From Pseudomonadota bacterium (GTDB lineage Bacteria; Pseudomonadota; Gammaproteobacteria; Burkholderiales; REEB80): a stretch of DNA of 64,000 nucleotides. The number at the start of each line of letters is the position of its first letter. The stretch's first letter is position 1. Under the pieces are notes generated by a model. The model saw only the letters and a program-made list of their open reading frames with translations. It ran no database searches and was not told the DNA's origin. This document shows, piece after piece, positions 60,782 to 64,000 of this stretch. The stretch is from NCBI GenBank assembly GCA_018971485.1, contig JAGXAQ010000005.1, positions 14,882 to 78,881 of the forward strand, read 5' to 3'. Made by a program: the position numbers and the translations under genes.

Positions 60782-62272
60782 ATGATTATGTTTGATGGAC
60801 TACCTCTACTGAGTCTGGCTATCTGGGTTCCGATTGTTGCTGGTATCTTGGTGCTTCTGACTGGACGTGACTCATCACCTTGCCTTTCACGGTGGCTGGC
60901 CCTGGCAGGATCGCTGGCAGGGTTTCTGGTGACAGTACCCCTGTTTACCGGGTTCAACGCAACGCAAAGTGGCATGCAGTTTGAGGAGTTTTCAACCTGG
61001 ATTCCTGCATTCAACATTAATTATCACCTGGGCGTGGATGGCATCTCCATGCTGCTGATTCTCCTGACTAGCTTTACGACCGTTCTGGTCGTTATTGCAG
61101 GCTGGCAGGTGATCCAGAAAAAGGTTGCCCAGTACATGGCGTCCTTTTTGATTCTGTCCGGGCTGATGATTGGGGTGTTTGCCTCCATGGATGCCATCCT
61201 GTTTTATGTGTTCTGGGAAGCCCAGTTGATCCCCATGTTTCTTATTATCGGGGTGTGGGGCGGACCGAATCGTGTTTATGCAACGATCAAGTTCTTTTTG
61301 TATACCCTGCTTGGTTCATTGCTGATGCTGATTAGCTTCATCTATATGTATCACCTGTCTGGAAGTTTCGATATCAAGGATCTCCAGAACCTGCCATTGA
61401 CCATGACCGTACAGGTTTTCATCTTTATTTCCTTCTTCTTGTCATTTGCGGTCAAGCTTCCTATGTGGCCAGTCCATACCTGGTTACCTGATGCCCACGT
61501 TGAGGCTCCTACCGGAGGATCCGTCGTTCTGGCCGCCATCATGCTGAAAATGGGGGGATATGGTTTCATCCGGCTAGCCATGCCGATTGCGCCTGATGCT
61601 GCTCATGCGTTGTCAGGAGTGATGATTTTTCTTTCGTTGATGGCCATCATCTATATCAGTTTTGTTGCACTGGTGCAAACTGACATGAAAAAGCTTATTG
61701 CCTATTCATCTATTGCCCATATGGGGTTTGTTACCCTTGGCCTTTTTATTTTTAATATCTATGGATTTGAAGGTGCTGTGCTGCAGATGATATCCCATGG
61801 GTTTGTTTCGGCTGCCTTGTTTTTATGTGTCGGTGTGATGTATGACCGGTTGCATTCGAGGTTGATCGCTGATTATGGCGGAATTGCGAACTCAATGCCT
61901 GTTTTTGCAGCATTCTTCATGCTGTTTGCCATGGCTAATGCCGGGCTGCCGGGAACTTCCGCCTTTACTGGGGAATTTACCGTTATTTTAGGAACGATCC
62001 AGTCTCATTTCTGGTACGCGGCACTGGCCGCGACCACCCTGATTACGGGTGCAGCTTACACACTCTGGATGTATAAGCGTGTTGTTTTCGGTGAAGTGGT
62101 CAATCAGGCAGTCTCCACGATGCAGGATCTGAATGCCCGTGAGATTATCGTGTTGGGACTGCTTGCTGTTGCTGTTCTGGGCATGGGGTTATACCCCTTT
62201 CCCGTGACTCACGTTATGCAGGTATCGGCACATAATCTATTAACGCGTATTGCCCAGAGCAAGTTGCACTAG
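60782..62272 (+). CDS. nuoM: NADH-quinone oxidoreductase subunit M
   Basis: FAVKLPMWPVHTWLPDAHVEAPTGGSVVLAAIMLKMGGYG motif. Confidence 0.95.
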   Translation: MIMFDGLPLLSLAIWVPIVAGILVLLTGRDSSPCLSRWLALAGSLAGFLVTVPLFTGFNATQSGMQFEEFSTWIPAFNINYHLGVDGISMLLILLTSFTTVLVVIAGWQVIQKKVAQYMASFLILSGLMIGVFASMDAILFYVFWEAQLIPMFLIIGVWGGPNRVYATIKFFLYTLLGSLLMLISFIYMYHLSGSFDIKDLQNLPLTMTVQVFIFISFFLSFAVKLPMWPVHTWLPDAHVEAPTGGSVVLAAIMLKMGGYGFIRLAMPIAPDAAHALSGVMIFLSLMAIIYISFVALVQTDMKKLIAYSSIAHMGFVTLGLFIFNIYGFEGAVLQMISHGFVSAALFLCVGVMYDRLHSRLIADYGGIANSMPVFAAFFMLFAMANAGLPGTSAFTGEFTVILGTIQSHFWYAALAATTLITGAAYTLWMYKRVVFGEVVNQAVSTMQDLNAREIIVLGLLAVAVLGMGLYPFPVTHVMQVSAHNLLTRIAQSKLH

Positions 62273-62283
62273 AAGAGGTTACC

Positions 62284-63729
62284 ATGACTTTTGAACTACC
62301 CAATTTGATGCCGATGTTACCTGAAATGGCTCTTCTTGCCATGACTTGCTTCATTCTGATATTCGATCTGTTTATACAGGATGAAAACCGCTCAGTCACA
62401 TTTGTCCTCGCGCAAATTGCTGTTTTCGTGACTGCAGGATGCATTGTTGGCACCAGCGGGCCTTCGGTCAGTCTCTTTGGCGACATGTTTACCCGTGATG
62501 CGATGGCTGATGTGCTCAAGCTGATGATTTGCCTGAGTGTCGAGATCATGTTTATTTATTCATCCACCTATTTAAAATTACGGGGGCTGTTTAAGGGCGA
62601 ATATTTTGTTTTGACCCTTTTTGCCATGATGGGAATGATGATTCTTGTTTCTGCAGGGCATTTTTTAACCCTGTACCTGGGGCTTGAATTGATGGCCTTG
62701 TCGTTCTACGCCATGATAGCTCTTGATCGTGACAATGCCCGTGCCACTGAGGCTGCGATGAAATATTTCGTTCTGGGCGCTTTGGCTTCAGGTCTGTTGC
62801 TTTATGGCATGTCGATGCTCTATGGTGTGACGGGTTCTTTGGATATTGCCAGGGTGGCCCTGGCTATTGATAGTGGCCAGGTCGCGATTGGTGCCCCCTT
62901 GGTATTTGGCCTGGTTTTCGTTGTTGCCGGACTGGCATTTAAGATTGGTGCCGTTCCCTTTCACATGTGGATTCCGGATGTTTATGAAGGAGCCCCCACG
63001 CCGATTGCGCTGTTTATTGGTACTGCACCCAAGTTTGCAGCCTTTGCCTTTTTCATGCGTCTGCTCATAGGCGGCTTGCATGGGTTGGTAGGAGATTGGC
63101 AGCAGATGCTGGTGGTGATGTCTGTCCTGTCGATTGTGGTCGGCAATGTTACGGCCATAGCCCAGACCAATTTTAAACGGATGCTTGCCTATTCAACCAT
63201 TTCGCATATGGGATTTGTGCTGCTGGGCATTCTGAGTGGCAATGTTGCGGGGTATAGTTCCGCGATGTATTACATGGCCGTTTATGTCATTATGAGCCTG
63301 GGTGCTTTCGGTATGGTTCTGCTTTTATCCCGCGCGGGATTTGAATCGGACATGCTGGACGATTTCAAGGGACTGAATCAGCGTAGCCCATGGTATGCCT
63401 TTATGCTGTTACTGGTGATGTTTGCCATGGCTGGTGTGCCTCCGACAGTTGGATTTTATGCCAAGTTTGCCGTGCTGCAGGCTGCGCTCCAGGCAGGCTA
63501 TGTCTGGTTGACTGTCCTGGCTGTCTTGTTTTCAGTTGTGGGGGCCTTTTATTATCTGCGTATCGTAAAACTGATGTATTTTGATGAACCGCAGCAGCTA
63601 GCTCCCATAGCGCCCCGGATGGATGTCCGGCTGATTATGAGCCTGAATGGCTTGGCCATGCTGGTTCTGGGCCTGATGCCACAGTCACTGATGAGCTTGT
63701 GCACTTATTCCATCATGCATTCATTTTAG
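62284..63729 (+). CDS. nuoN: NADH-quinone oxidoreductase subunit N
   Basis: FKIGAVPFHMWIPDVYEGAPTPIALF motif. 481 aa. Confidence 0.95.
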   Translation: MTFELPNLMPMLPEMALLAMTCFILIFDLFIQDENRSVTFVLAQIAVFVTAGCIVGTSGPSVSLFGDMFTRDAMADVLKLMICLSVEIMFIYSSTYLKLRGLFKGEYFVLTLFAMMGMMILVSAGHFLTLYLGLELMALSFYAMIALDRDNARATEAAMKYFVLGALASGLLLYGMSMLYGVTGSLDIARVALAIDSGQVAIGAPLVFGLVFVVAGLAFKIGAVPFHMWIPDVYEGAPTPIALFIGTAPKFAAFAFFMRLLIGGLHGLVGDWQQMLVVMSVLSIVVGNVTAIAQTNFKRMLAYSTISHMGFVLLGILSGNVAGYSSAMYYMAVYVIMSLGAFGMVLLLSRAGFESDMLDDFKGLNQRSPWYAFMLLLVMFAMAGVPPTVGFYAKFAVLQAALQAGYVWLTVLAVLFSVVGAFYYLRIVKLMYFDEPQQLAPIAPRMDVRLIMSLNGLAMLVLGLMPQSLMSLCTYSIMHSF

Positions 63730-63739
63730 GATTTTGATA

Positions 63740-64000
63740 GTGCCTGGTTTCTGGATACTGATAGGGGTGGCTTTTCTGGCGGCAAACTGGCCTTTTGTCA
63801 CCCACCGGCTGTTTGGACTTGTTCCATTTAAAACCCGTAGAAAATATCCAGCCTGGATAGTGCTTGAACTACTGGTGCTTTATGTTCTGGTAGGAGCCCT
63901 AAGCCGTATGCTAGAGGCCAGAATGGGCCCTGTTCATTCCCAGGGCTGGCAGTTTTATGTGGTAACGGCCTGCCTGTTTCTGGTTTTTTCATTTCCTGGC
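63740..64000 (+). CDS. partial small membrane protein following nuoN (DUF2818-like), truncated by the window edge
   Basis: Frame open from GTG 63740 to the window end, 87 codons with no stop (VPGFWILIGVAFLAANWPFVTHRLFG...). Not in the ORF track because it has no stop. The family name is from memory of betaproteobacterial nuo operons. Confidence 0.55.
   Translation, partial: MPGFWILIGVAFLAANWPFVTHRLFGLVPFKTRRKYPAWIVLELLVLYVLVGALSRMLEARMGPVHSQGWQFYVVTACLFLVFSFPG

Overview
This 64-kb window has betaproteobacteria-like gene content and synteny; that assignment is inferred from gene order, not from a search. Two parts are visible.

(1) About 1-21.5 kb is accessory and adaptive, and ends at a tRNA-Arg(CCU). 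It holds a three-gene operon: a 6-TM membrane protein, a TonB-dependent receptor with a 20-residue poly-glycine insert, and a TiaS-like protein. It also holds an arsenic cluster (arsR-arsC-acr3) beside a YbiR-like anion permease. The rest is a tight anaerobic module: nrdD, ubiU-ubiV-ubiT (O2-independent ubiquinone synthesis), an NMO-family flavoprotein, hemN, fnr, an orphan radical-SAM/SPASM enzyme, nrdG, a hemolysin-III protein and dadA.

(2) About 21.5-64 kb is housekeeping core: MFS-bcp-uup, glmM-folP-ftsH-rlmE, yhbY, greA, carBA, dapB-bamE, fur, recN, nadK, hrcA-hemH-grpE-dnaK-dnaJ, a lone pstB, tpiA-secG-tRNA-Leu and the complete nuoA-N operon.

The most interesting observations are:
- The class III ribonucleotide reductase appears split. 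NrdD ends right after its Zn-ribbon, and the glycyl-radical loop is a separate 61-aa ORF next to nrdG, 9 kb away.
- A repeated GTGAT-N4-ATCAC box sits at class-II distance from good -10 hexamers in front of several anaerobic genes. The local FNR has the O2-sensing cysteines but an atypical recognition helix (NATISR instead of VETISR).
- Tandem NrdR-like boxes occur at both RNR loci.
- The SPASM enzyme has no obvious substrate nearby.

No mobile elements, CRISPR arrays or rRNA genes were seen. All family assignments come from motif recognition by eye; no database search was run.
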